Source: Macrostomum lignano
Lineage: Eukaryota
Length of the DNA: 64,000 nt
Direction of reading: 5' to 3'
Assembly (NCBI GenBank): GCA_002269645.1
Contig: NIVC01001503.1
Coordinates: forward strand, 62,001 to 126,000
Shown: piece after piece, positions 1 through 12,539 of the stretch
How the letters are laid out: each line of letters opens with the position of its first letter
How positions within the stretch are numbered: the stretch's first letter is position 1
The notes under the pieces: generated by a model
The model's input: the letters and a program-made list of their open reading frames with translations, nothing else
The model's database searches: none
Told to the model about the DNA's origin: nothing
Program-made: the position numbers and the translations under genes

Positions 1-1018
1 CACAGATGGAGACAGATAGATAGAGAGATGTAGACAGGCTTGACGTGGTGCCCAACACGCATAAAAGCGGGGTGTCGCCCTAGCGGAGACTCCCGCTGCG
101 GCGGGCCATTTGGTCCTAATGAAGTCATAATTGGATTTCCGTTCGCTGTTCGTCGAGTGCCGCCATTGGGGCGCGAGAGAGAGAGAGAGAGAGTGAGAGT
201 GAGAGGCGAGGACGGGTTCCAAGAGAAGAATGGAGCCGAGAGAGGGAAGGCGAAGGAAATGAATGAAGGCGTGATGGGGGGGCGTCCTGCCGGACCCGGT
301 GGCGCCCACGGGGACTGTGTTGGGGCTGGCTGGGCGACACTGTCAGGCCACAATGTCGGAGGGTTCGGGTTAGAGGAGGGAGTCCCGCGTGCAGCTGCTG
401 CTGCACTCTCGGCGTGCCCCCCCGGCCCTCGGCTGCTGCTGCCGCCCCGCTTTTTTGGCATCTTTCTTCCTCTCCGGCCACCGCTTGCATGCCTGTGGGC
501 GCCTTGGCTGCTGGCAGGCGGCGATCGAGCTCGCTCGCTTACTGTCCCCCACTCTGCTCTCTCTTTCACACCCTGCACCGCTGACCGACTGCCCCCAGTG
601 CGCTGGATCTCACAGTTGGCTGGCGGGAACTACCGCGAACTGTCCTGAGCTGAGCATCTCTATCTCTCGCCTTCACCCGCGTGATGGGTGAAGCATAATA
701 CCCCCCCCCCCTTAGTAATTGTGCCACGGATCTGAAGTCGGAACAAGTGCAAAGATGGCTGTTTTTTCTCTCTCTAGTAGGCGTCTGGTCTGGACAGCGG
801 ACTTCCGCGCAGCATCTTTTTGATGCATTAATCCCTTCATCAGACACTGTGTCATTATGCATGCATTCGGATTCGGACAGTCCCATCTCGGACAGAACTT
901 CTTGGGAGCAATAGTTCCACACTGACACTTGGAAGCCGATAATGCAGGCTTATCCCAAACAAAATTTAGTTGCTAGAATTTCTATCTAAACCCGCAATCT
1001 CCTATTCCTAATCCGCAG

Positions 1019-1955
1019 GAGTGGACCGACTACCATCTGCGCTGGGAGCCCGAAGACGAGGATGGCATCATGTTTGTACACATACCCACCAAGGACATCT
1101 GGCTACCCGACATTGCGCTATACAACTAGTAAGTGACCGCTGACTGGGAGGCTCTGGGGCCAGCGATGGCGCTTTCAGTATCCCTATTGAGAACTGCATG
1201 AGCTGCTCTCCGCGTGTGAATCATTAATGAGCCGGGAGTAGCTATGCGGCTTGAAAATATGACCTCAGCATCCTCCCCCACTCGCCACAAGCCAGCGGAG
1301 TTAGCGGGAGAGATACGTAGAAGATAGGCAAATGGAGCAGTACAGATACTCGTAGTTGGCTGATTCTCATGCATTTATTCAGCATTGTGGTTGGCTTACA
1401 CACCAGGCTGTGTTGTACGACTGCGCGCTGGGCAGCGCAGGATTTTGTTGGCTGTTTTGCCGGGTTTGGTGGCAGCCTTGGAAGAGCAGAAGCCAGCGTT
1501 GCTGTCTGAGCAATGTCTTGAAGAGCAGTCAGATGGAGGAAAACTTGATGACGATTCTGCTTTATTCAGCGATTCATGACAAAGTTGGAAACTGCTTTGC
1601 GGCATCATGAAGATGGGAGAGTCTGTGCCAGTGAATGAGAGCTGCGGCATCATGAGGATGGGAGAGTCTGTGTCAGTGAATGAGAGCTGCGGCATCATTC
1701 AGAGGCAGTGATGAGTCCAGTTTGGGGAGATGAGAGTCAGCGGCAGTGATGAGTCCAGTTTATACCCAGCTGAAGCAGACAGATATCTCAGCACAGCTGT
1801 CCCAATATCAGCTGAACGTCAGCAATAATAGACAGATTTTTATCAGCCATCTCTCCTGTCTCGGGCATAGCTGGGGCAAGAAGCTGTCCCCAGTGCTGCC
1901 CAGCCCGGAGCTGTCGTGTCTGTCATGCACGCGTCTTCAGGAAATTTGGCGGTCT

Positions 1956-2031
<76 letters not shown>

Positions 2032-5000
2032 AGTCAGAGACGCGACCCTGGGCAAGGCTCCGGGAGGTTGCGGTTTCTTCAAGCGAAAATTGCTGAGATA
2101 GAGGAGGGCTGGCAGGCGGCGGCAGCTCAACTCTTTCTCTTCCTCTGCCCTCTTTCACGACTCGGAGCGCTAAAACTGCCATCGCCGGAGCCCACAGAGC
2201 CGGGAGAGAACTGCATTGAGCGCTGCTCAGTGCAATATAGCCGGCCGACTCTCTTGGGGGGGGGGGTGGCAAAGCACAGATTTCTGCGCAAACTTCCTGT
2301 CACTTGAGCTGACTCTGCCACACTTGGGCGCCCACCCCAGAGTACAGTGCTGACCCGCTCGCTCACTCTGTCGCAAGCTGTTTCGTTCGTCTTTTCTTCT
2401 GCGGCAACTCCCGCATTTGAAGCTTCTGCATTCGGAATTTTCCGAATCGGAGCACTTTCAGCCGCGCATTCTGGGTTGTACTGAATGGCACCAGCTGAAG
2501 TTTAATAGATGCTTGCACTGCATGCACACAGACCTTAACTCAAAGCACTGCCTACTCAATTGCCCTCCCTCAACTAATTTCTCACAACCCATTCCTCACA
2601 ACCCATTCCTCACCACCCAAGCCTCACAACCCATTCCTCACAACCCAAGCCTCACAACCCAAGCCTCACCACCCAAGCATCACAACCCATTCCTCACCAC
2701 CCAAGCCTCACCACCCAAGCCTCACCACCCAAGCCTCACAACCCATTCCTCACAACCCAAGCCTCACAACCCAAGCCTCACAACCCAAGCCTCACCACCC
2801 AAGCCTCACAACCCAAGCTTCACAACCCATTCCTCACAACCCATTCCTCACAACCCATTCCTCACAACCCAAGCCTCACAACCCAGGCCTCACAACCCAA
2901 GCCTCACAACCCATTCCTCACAACCCAAGCCTCACAACCCAAGCCTCACAACCAATTCCTCACAACTCAAGCTTCACAACCCATTCCTCACAACCCATTC
3001 CTCACAACCCAAGCTTCACAACCCATTCCTCACAACCCAAGCCTCACAACCCAGGCGTCACAACCCAGGCCTCACAACCCAAGCTTCACAACCCATTCCT
3101 CACAACCCAAGCCTCACAACCCAGGCGTCACAACCCAGGCCTCACAACCCAAGCCTCAAAACCCAAGCGTCGCAACCCAAATCGTCACTTCTCTGTTCCG
3201 CAGCGCCGATGAACGGCTAGAGGAGAGGCGGGACGTCGCAGCAAAGGTGCACTACACCGGGCTGGTCGAGTGGCACCCAATGGCCATCTACAAGAGCGCC
3301 TGCGAGATTAAAATCAAGTTTTTCCCATTCGACAAGCAGGTTTGCTGGTTGAAGTTCGGCCCTTGGACCTACGATGGGTGAGTCGGTGTTTTTCTTACGG
3401 GAGCGAGTGTTCTCAGGGCTTTGCCCCAATGTGAGCGAGTGTTCTCAGGGCTTAGCCTCAATGTGAGCGCGTTTATGCCCTGAGTGACTAGGTGTTCTCA
3501 GAGCTAATGTCCTGAGTGACTAGGTGTTCTCAGAGCTAATGTCCTGAGTGACTAGGTGTTCTCAGAGCTAATGTCCTGAGTGACTAGGTGTTCTCAGAGC
3601 TAATGTCCTGAGTGACTAGGTGTTCTCAGAGCTAATGTCCTGAGTGACTAGGTGTTCTCAGAGCTAATGTCCTGAGTGACTAGGTGTTCTCAGAGCTAAT
3701 GTCCTGAGTGACTAGGTGTTCTCAGAGCTAATGTCCTGAGTGACTAGGTGTTCTCAGAGCTAATGTCCTGAGTGACTAGGTGTTCTCAGAGCTAATGTCC
3801 TGAGTAACTAGGTGTTCTCAGAGCTAATGTCCTGAGTGACTAGGTGTTCTCAGAGCTAATGTCCTGAGTGACTAGGTGTTCTCAGAGCTAATGTCCTGAG
3901 TGACTAGGTGTTCTCAGAGCTAATGTCCTGAGTGACTAGGTGTTCTCAGAGCTAATGTCCTGAGTGACTAGGTGTTCTCAGAGCTAATGTCCTGAGTGAC
4001 TAGGTGTTCTCACAACTAAAATTCCGTGCTCCTCACGCAAGCGACTGCAAGTGCCAAACAGCAGTTCTCGCGTGTAACCCCCCCTCCCCCGACTAACGCC
4101 TCGCACTCCCCAGTCGCGATTACTGTGTACATAATAATGAATAGGCGCCTAAAGCACAATAGAAGGTGTCAGAGCGCGCTCACAAGAGGGCATTTCCTGA
4201 GCTGGGTGGGCCCTTGTCGACTCCTGCCAGTCAAATATTTGCGCTCTCCAAATGCCAGCCCCCCCCCCCCAGGACAGGCGCCCTTCCTGCCTTTGCCCCC
4301 CAGCTCTCCTTGGCATCAGGCGAGGATCCTGGAGCTGCCTGAGGCTGAGCTGTCCAGGTCAAATTGAGAATCCAGCTTTTCTTTAGCTTAGCGATTCGAG
4401 CAGAGCTCGGCTGTACAGGCTTAAACGGCTTGCCGGCGGCCCGTCGCTAAGAAATCTAGTTTAGTCTGAGGAGCGACAGAGAGATTGAATAATTCTGATT
4501 GAGTAATCTGATTTTGTCTCGGCCGTGCATCGCTGCCACTGCGACTCGTTTTGCTGCGCTGGGGAGACGGAGATGGGGCGGACAGAGTGTTTTGGGATAA
4601 GGGAGCTGACGCTTCGATATGATTGAGGGTCGTGCAGATAGGGAGAATTTGGGGCGGGATTAGAAGCATGATATGAGACTTCGGGGCAGGGAGAATAGAC
4701 AAGAGATGGAGCTAGGAGATAGTGAGACAAGATTAAACTGACTTGAGAATCCAAGAGGATATGGGAGAAGGCCAAGAGACAGTGAGGATAGATTGAAGAG
4801 ATCCAGCCAAGAGACAGTGAGAATAGATTGAAGAGATCCAGCCAAGAGACAGTGAGAATAGATTGAAGATATCCAGCCAAGAGACAGTGAGGATAGATTG
4901 AAGATATCCAGCCAAGAGACAGTGAGAATAGATTGAAGAGATCCAGCCAAGAGACAGGGAGAATAGATTGAAGAGATCCAGCCAAGAGACAGTGAGGATA

Positions 5001-8000
5001 GATTGAAGAGATCCAGCCAAGAGACAGTGAGAATAGATTGAAGATATCCAGCCAAGAGACAGTGAGAATAGATTGAAGATATCCAGCCAAGAGACAGTGA
5101 GAATAGATTGAAGAGATCCAGCCAAGAGACAGTGAGAATAGATTTAGGAGATCCAGCAAAAAGAGACAGTGAGAATAGATTGAAGATATCCAGCCAAGAG
5201 ACAGTGAGAATAGATTTAGGAGATCCAGCCAAGAGACAGTGAGAATAGATTGAAGATATCCAACCAAGAGACAGTGAGAATAGATTGAAGATATCCAGCC
5301 AAGAGACAGTGAGAATAGATTGAAGAGATCCAGCTAAGAAACAGTGAGAATAGATTTAGGAGATCCAGCAAAAAGAGACAGTGAGAATAGATTGAAGAGA
5401 TCCAGCCAAGAGACAGTGAGGATAGATTTAGTGGATCTAGCCAAGAGACAGTGAGAACGGAGACAAAAAGGGAAATGGATTTAAATTCTGAGTCCGATGC
5501 TCAACTCCCGCAGCTGGCGAGTGAACATCTCGTATTATCACAACATGACGAAGTTCGACCTGGAGGAGATGATCGACAGTCCCGAGTGGACAATCCTCAG
5601 CCACAAGGCCAAGTACAACGAGGAGGTGTACCCCTGCTGCCCGGAGCCCTACGTTGACATCACATTCTGGATTTGGATTCGCCGGTCTACCGCATTTTAC
5701 ACTTTCATCCTTATCCTGCCCTGCTTCCTGCTGTCCTCGCTGACCCTGGTCCTGTTCTGGCTGCCTCCGGAGACCCCGGCCAAGATGGTGCTCGGTGAGG
5801 CATTGTGGGACTTTGACTGCACAATTTCCTATACTTTGACTATTTCCAGGATTTTCATTTTCTTACTTTTACCCTTTTCTTTATTCTCTGAGTTTCCCTA
5901 AATTTCTCATTCCCTATACATCCCATTACCTATACATCCCATTCCCTACATATCCCATTCCCTACATATCCCATTCCTTACATTTCCCATTCCCTACATA
6001 TCCCATTCCCTACATATCCCGTTCCCTACATATCCCATTCCCTACATATCCCATTCCCTACATATCCCATTCCCTACATATCCCGTTCCCTACATATCCC
6101 ATTCCCTACATATCCCATTCCCTACATATCCCATTCCCTATACATCCCATTCCTTACATTTCCCATCCCCTACATATCCCATCCCCTACATATCCCACTC
6201 CCTACATATCCCATTCCCTATACATCCCATTCCTTACATTTCCCATCCCCTACATATCCCATTCCCTACATATCCCATTCCCTACACTTCCCATCCGCAG
6301 GCATGAACATATTCGTTGCCTTCTTCCTATTGATGCTGCTGCTGGAGAAGCAGACTCCATCGGCATCAGACTCGTTTCCGTTGATTGGTGAGTTCACAGA
6401 AATCTGTCTGGTGCTTCAGGTACTCGCCATAACCTTCATTAGTTACCTGGTCACAGAGGTGCTTTGGGCCACATGCAGCCAGCCAAGAGGACGCGCTCAC
6501 GCGGTGTCACACTCAGCCCTGACTTCTCTCCTCGTCAGACATGCACACTCTCTGAAGGCTGGCCCTCAAGGGTTGTAAAATTAATGTGGCTACGCACGGA
6601 ATCGAACCCAGGACCGTTTGGCGCGGGAGTTACCGCTGCGCTACTCCCCCCCCTCGCCGTAACCTTTGACAACTCGGCGCACTTTACCGACTGCCTGCCG
6701 GACAGCTCTTCTTTGCCAATTATTGATAATAATAGCTTGGCCAGAATAGTCGAGCATACACGCGCGCATATACATAAGCCTGGCAGTCTATCATTTCGCT
6801 CCTAGAGTACGAAGTCCCCTTTGCTGGCCCTCTATTTCTCCCTCTATTCTGGGCGCATTATCGGGTCCGGCCGAGGTCTCTGCCCCCCCCCCCCCCAGTG
6901 ATTAATGCTGGGATTCTGAATGCGAAATCTGCACTAGCTACCTTCTACTAAAATAGTGAAAGAGAGAGAGAGATGAGGGACCAGCAGCGGTGATTAATGA
7001 CGCTCTGAACTCCCTGCTTCTCCTCCTACTGCCCTGGGATTACTTTGGTGGTTCGGCCTCCGGCTGGATTCCAGGATTTCTGCCTGGCTCCGCAAATAGC
7101 CCGGATTCGAACAGTCCAGCGGTTGGCGATGAGGCCCTGGGGGGGGGGGGTAAACACTACTTGGCTCAGGTTGCAGATTTACCTGTTAAGTGGCTGGTGT
7201 ATTAGGAGAAGAAAATCAGTCTAAATAGACCGGATTACATGCTAGCTTGTAGGTCCTTGGATCGAGTCCTGGGTAGTGAGAGACCCCACCATTTTTACAA
7301 GTTTTGTCTGAACCTATTCGTTTTTCATTCACGCACGAGATAAGCACAGCTAAATTCAGCTCTATTGTTTTTTTACGTCCCTTTATGGAGCAAAGGGGCT
7401 GTAGCCTAGTGGTTAGAGCGTCGGTCTCACGAATGGAAGGTCGGAGGCTCGATTCTCGACCCAGTCGGAACAATTTGTGTCCTTGAGCAAGACACTTAAC
7501 TCTGCATTGCTTCAGTTCACCCAGCTGTAAAATGGGTGCGATGGAGTAATTAAGGGTGTGTGTGGCGACCCCCAGTCCTTGGACTGAACAGCCGTACGCA
7601 GCCTTCAAATGCATCCGGTTAAAACTTTCAGGCCAGTACTACTGCTTGAACATGGGAATCATCACCCTGTCCACTTTCCTGTCCGTGATCGTGGTGAACT
7701 TCCACTTCCGCGGCGACAACCGGCAGGAGGTGCCCTACTGGCTTAAGAAGGTGAGAACGGGGCTGTTTAGTTGGCTTTTGCTTAATTCAAAGGACGACTA
7801 GGCATTGTGGTGTAAATCAGCCTTCAAAATTTCATTTACTGATGATGATGGGCTTTCAGTGAAGTGGAGCCGATATGTAAAGATGCTTCTTGCAGTGTCC
7901 ATCAATAAGCAGAGCTGAGGGCGGTTCATAATTTTAAAATTTTATGCCACCGAAAGACAAGTTTTCACGCGCTCAAAAATTCACAAGCTCAAAAATTCAC

Positions 8001-8956
8001 AAACTCAAAAATTCACAAGCCACAAACTCGAAAGTTCACAAGCTCGAAAGTTCACAAACTGGAAAATTCACACACTCGAAAGTTCACAAGCTCGAAAGTT
8101 CACACACTCGAAAGTTCACAAACTGGAAAGTTCACAAACTCGAAAGTTCTCATACTCGAAAGTTCACAAACTCGAAAGTTCACACACTCGAAAATTCACT
8201 AAGTCGAAAGTTCACACACTTGAAAATTCACTAAGTCGAAAGTTCACAAGCTTGAAGAATTTCACATCACCTAAAAGTCTTAGCAGCCTCATCCGCTCAC
8301 TTCTCAAAACGGTTTCAATGCGCCAGTTTAGTCGTGACTAATTTCTCCAGCTGGTATAAGAATATTCAACCGCAGGGAAACACAAAAAATGCGGCAATTT
8401 CGCTACAGATTAAGCTGAGCTTATCCTCAGCCTCCGCTTCTCGAGCTGGGCCTCCCCGGCTTTCACCGGGATAAACCGATGAAAATTGACATGCGAGAGA
8501 AAACACAAGACAAAACTGATGAGATCGGGAGAAAGTTTGGCTAAGTTCATTGACTTCATGCCGGTCTGTTTGCTCTGCCGCAGCTTCTGCAGGCCGGCCT
8601 TCCTTCCCGGGGCATCCGTGAGTTCGGCCATCTCTGATCGATCATTCAAATCTGGAGCAACAATTGCTGCCTTTGCTTGCTTTTCTATTTTCGTCTCCTG
8701 GGTTTTATGGAGGGAGGGGGGTAATTTCAGGCCAGATACCATCCTTGTTGCTAAGCCACCCAACCCCCTGGTCAACAGTCGGGTAAAGCTCTGATGGTGT
8801 GCTTAATAGGCTCTGCTTTTCTTGTCTGCTATTGGACTTTTTAAGAGAGAGTGGGGTAGATGTAATGCTTATGTCTCTGACATGTCATTTGGTTATTTAT
8901 TTATTTATTTAGTTAGTTAGTTAGTTAGTTAGTTTGTTTGTTTGTTTGTTAGTTTC

Positions 8957-8987
<31 letters not shown>

Positions 8988-9020
8988 GTTTGTTTGTTTG
9001 TTTGTTTGTTTGTTAGTTTC

Positions 9021-9085
<65 letters not shown>

Positions 9086-9094
9086 CAGTTAGTC

Positions 9095-9185
<91 letters not shown>

Positions 9186-9186
9186 C

Positions 9187-9233
<47 letters not shown>

Positions 9234-9242
9234 CAGTTAGTC

Positions 9243-9333
<91 letters not shown>

Positions 9334-9334
9334 C

Positions 9335-9373
<39 letters not shown>

Positions 9374-9384
9374 CAGTTAGTTAT

Positions 9385-9417
<33 letters not shown>

Positions 9418-9438
9418 CAGTTAGTTAGTTAGTTAGTC

Positions 9439-9505
<67 letters not shown>

Positions 9506-9506
9506 C

Positions 9507-9597
<91 letters not shown>

Positions 9598-10464
9598 CAG
9601 TTAGTTAGTTAGTTAGCTACTCACAGTCCCAACCGGCCACCTCTGCAGCTCGCCATCCAGCACGGCTCCCGCCTGCTGTTCGTCAACCTCAACCGGAAGC
9701 CACCAGCCTCCGGCCTGGTGCCCTCGGCGTCCAGGGCGAACTCTACGCCGGCTGGAAATTCTGATCGTCGCCAACAGCGGCGCGGTGTCGGCGGCGGCGG
9801 GGACGCTGGCGGCTCCCGCTGCTACGAGGACCTGCCGATGCAGCCAACTGGAGCCTCAGCCTCCGCCATCACATCTCCGGGCTATTCGCTACACGCCGGC
9901 AACTCATCGCCGCACTACGCGCCCTCCTACCATGGCCGGGCGGCGGCGGCGGCGGCGGCGGCGGCGGCATCGCCGTCAGATCGTCGACGACCGGTTAACG
10001 ATGCCGCTGGGACGTCGAGATCTGGAGGAGGCGGCGGCGGAGGAGGTGCTGGTTTTCAAGAGTTCGATGATGTACTGGCTCAGTGCCTGCACAGGCAGCA
10101 GAGTAGGGTGCAGCATCAACACAACCAGCACCAGCACCAGCAGCACCAGCTGCTCTCATTCCCCAGCGGGGAAGATCTGATCTTCCCAGGCGGGATGCTG
10201 GACGCGGCCACGAGGCGGCGCATCAACATGCTGACCAAAGACGTGCAGGACATTGTGAAGGCGCTGCGCTACATTCAGAAGCTGCACGAGAACCGGGAGA
10301 AGGTCAATAAGGTGGTGCAGGAGTGGCGCTCCGTGGCACTGGTCTTGGACCGATTGTTCTTCCTAATCTACGTTCTCACCATCATGCTCTCCATCATCTT
10401 TTTCTTCCCTAAGTCCGGCAACGAGGTTAATCCGGGCGTCATCCCAGCAAACTTCACAGCCTGA
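1019..10464 (+). CDS. Cys-loop ligand-gated ion channel, nicotinic acetylcholine receptor alpha-type subunit, probably anion-selective (ACh-gated chloride channel). 5' exons lie upstream of the window. Exons: 1019-1128, 3204-3377, 5514-5794, 6301-6387, 7632-7750, 9649-10464.
   Basis: All six exons have AG/GT boundaries with matching phases (1587 nt, 528 aa + stop). Motifs read directly: [11 protein letters not shown]...[11 protein letters not shown] (loop A), Cys-loop [23 protein letters not shown] (loop B), YPCCPEPY (loop C vicinal Cys, alpha-type), TM1-TM3, long low-complexity intracellular loop, and TM4 [17 protein letters not shown]. Confidence 0.96.
1959..2030. repeat. (GA)n microsatellite in nAChR intron
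   Basis: Perfect AG dinucleotide run. Confidence 0.97.
2578..3180. repeat. About 14-bp minisatellite (CCTCACAACCCAAG / CCTCACAACCCATT variants) ending just before the 3204 exon
   Basis: Visible tandem units; the source of the spurious 267-aa ORF. Confidence 0.93.
3481..4012. repeat. 32-bp minisatellite TGAGTGACTAGGTGTTCTCAGAGCTAATGTCC, about 16.5 near-identical copies
   Basis: Direct inspection. Confidence 0.96.
4771..5455. repeat. 35-bp minisatellite GATCCAGCCAAGAGACAGTGAGAATAGATTGAAGA, about 19 copies
   Basis: Direct inspection; ends about 60 bp before the 5514 acceptor. Confidence 0.95.
5910..6295. repeat. 16-bp minisatellite CCCTACATATCCCATT abutting the 6301 acceptor
   Basis: Direct inspection. 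Confidence 0.95.
7395..7611 (+). mobile_element. tRNA-derived CORE-SINE, copy 1 (tail shortened)
   Basis: A-box TAGCCTAGTGG and B-box-like GGCTCGATTC. Central GTGTCCTTGAGCAAGACACTTAAC...CAGTTCACCCAGCTGTAAAATGGG resembles the MIR CORE domain as I recall it. Homologous to copies at 20443 and 31046. Confidence 0.88.
7975..8250. repeat. 16-bp degenerate minisatellite CTCGAAAGTTCACAA(A/G)
   Basis: Direct inspection. Confidence 0.9.
8908..9616. repeat. (TTAG)n tetranucleotide array with TTTG/TCAG variants, ending about 30 bp before the last nAChR exon
   Basis: Direct inspection. Confidence 0.97.
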
Positions 10465-10880
10465 GTTCGAGGGCTGCTAATTGCTCAAGAATGGCTTGGA
10501 CTCAATTCAACTATAATATCGCAATTGTATCCGTCTCCCCTCGCTGAAGCCATCGCTGCTAATTGCAGTTAAATCCAGACTCGTTTAGCTAAAGCAAACT
10601 CGCTATCGTTAGACCGAAGGCAAAGATGGAATGAAATCTTCCCGCATTGATTTGCGGCACACAAGTGCGCCTATACACGTACTGTGCAGGCAGCCCGTTT
10701 TTGGTGTTGTAATTGTTGCAAATCCGACTGTCATTTGATTTTGCCTGCAAGTGACTGTTTCCCTTTTTTTGTTCATTTCCTTCACTTCGAGTTCACTTGC
10801 AACAGATATCGAAAGTTATTCTCTTTGTTGAGTGCTTACAGATTAAACTTTCCTGATCGTGTATTTAATGAGGCGAATGA

Positions 10881-11170
10881 TGAAGCTGTGTCCTGTCTGA
10901 TTGGCTGGCTGGGAACCAAAGGGACAGAGAGTGAAGCTGTGCCCCTGTCTGATTGGCTGGCTGGGGACCGAAGGGGCAGAGAGTGAAGCTGTGCCCTGTC
11001 TGATTGGCTGACTGGCAATCGAAGTGGTAAGAGAGTGAAGCTGTGCCCTGTCTGATTGGCTGGCTGGCAATCGAAGTGGTAAGAGAGTGAAGCTGTGCCC
11101 TGTCTGATTGGCTGGCTGGCAATCGAAGTGGTAAGAGAGTGAAGCTGTGCTGCTATTTAATTGGCTGACT
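10881..11170. repeat. About 52-bp tandem repeat (5 copies plus a partial), each with CTGATTGGCT (reverse CCAAT box)
   Basis: Unit GAAGCTGTGCCCTGTCTGATTGGCTGGCTGGCAATCGAAGTGGTAAGAGAGT. Confidence 0.9.
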
Positions 11171-12539
11171 GGAGGAAAGAACGGATCATAAACTGCTGCT
11201 CAAGCACAAAGTTAGATGTGATTAATATCGATTTTTGGATAATAATTTTTAACTCCAATGAGAAACAGCCACTTGAAATTTTTATTGCAACAATAAACAA
11301 AATGTTCAGTACGTGCAAACGCAGTCTCAAATGACAATTTTCTAGTGAAATGAGCATTTTTACACGAACACATCACTCTTTTTTGTCTTTTGTCGATTGA
11401 CTGGTTTGCACGCGCATAGCTTCATGAAAAGTACCAAATGTATCTAAGCCACGAATGCAGAAGCCCTTGGTAAGCCCAAGCTATAATTGTATACTGTCAT
11501 AACTTTAGTAATAAAAAAGACAACACATATAACTATTAACCGCGTGTCTTACCTTTTTTGCTTGGCGCCATTGAATTCGCTTCGACTTTTTAAAGCTTAT
11601 GTGGCAGCGACTTTAAAATAGGTTTTTTGGAGGAGTCTGGATATAAGAATTATGAATGGGGCTTTTTAGGCCTTTCGTGATCGCCCGAGCCGCGTGCCGC
11701 TGAGCAACTGCCGCAATCAGTCGGCCCAGAATTCATTGCATTGTCCCCGCCGCTTCCGCTCTGACCTGCCTGCTGTCTGTCCGCTGGGGAGGCTGCGCCG
11801 ATCGAGGCGGTGTGGTGCCAGCCATCAACTGGCCCAGGCTGGACGGTCGGTCGCTTTTCAAAATTCAATTGCTCTTGGCCTCCCCCTCTGTCTGTCAATA
11901 AATCCCAGACAGGCAGGCAGCCAGGCCGGAGCCAGCGGAGGTCTGGGCTAAACGATGAAGTTCTGGAAAACTCTTAAGAAGGTTGACTTTCCGCTCTGAA
12001 CTGGCGCTTATTCTGCATAGGTAAGAAGCGGCTTTATGACTAAAAAAAACCGGGCGGAATTGTACGATTGACTGCCCAGATAAGTTTAGTGAGCCGGATG
12101 AATCTTGTAGATGGATACAGGATCCTTATCACTCTTGCAATAAAGGCAATGACGCATCCGGGATGGCTGACCAGTCTCAGCCTGACCGAGCCTCTGCAAT
12201 TTGGTGGCTCCGGTGCGATGGGCGATAAACTTGGCGCCCTGGTAGGTCGTCAGATTTCTAGTGGGCTCGGTAGCGTCAGAAATCAGCGGATAGGGCGCTA
12301 AATACAGCGTAAAATAGGCAGATAGGGCGCCAAATCGAGAGATATAGTGGCGCCGAATTAGGGAATAAAGGTGCCATATTAAGAGGTGGACTAAATCGTA
12401 AATAAAATTGTTCCTTCAGCAGTCAAAGTGGTCAATACTCTAAAAGATGATCCATATTTTACTGAATGAATGAATATTCATACTTGTCCAGATATTTGGA
12501 GAGCTATCTTTAATTGAGCAATTAGTGAGTGGCTTCTAA

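Noticed and set aside
40-648. 202-aa GC-rich ORF as a 5' nAChR exon
   Set aside because: It has a non-ATG start, low complexity and no Cys-loop receptor N-terminal motifs. The missing exons are probably upstream of the window.
2417-5267. ORFs of 130-268 aa in nAChR introns (PHNP and SWLD repeats)
   Set aside because: They are minisatellite translations inside phase-consistent introns.
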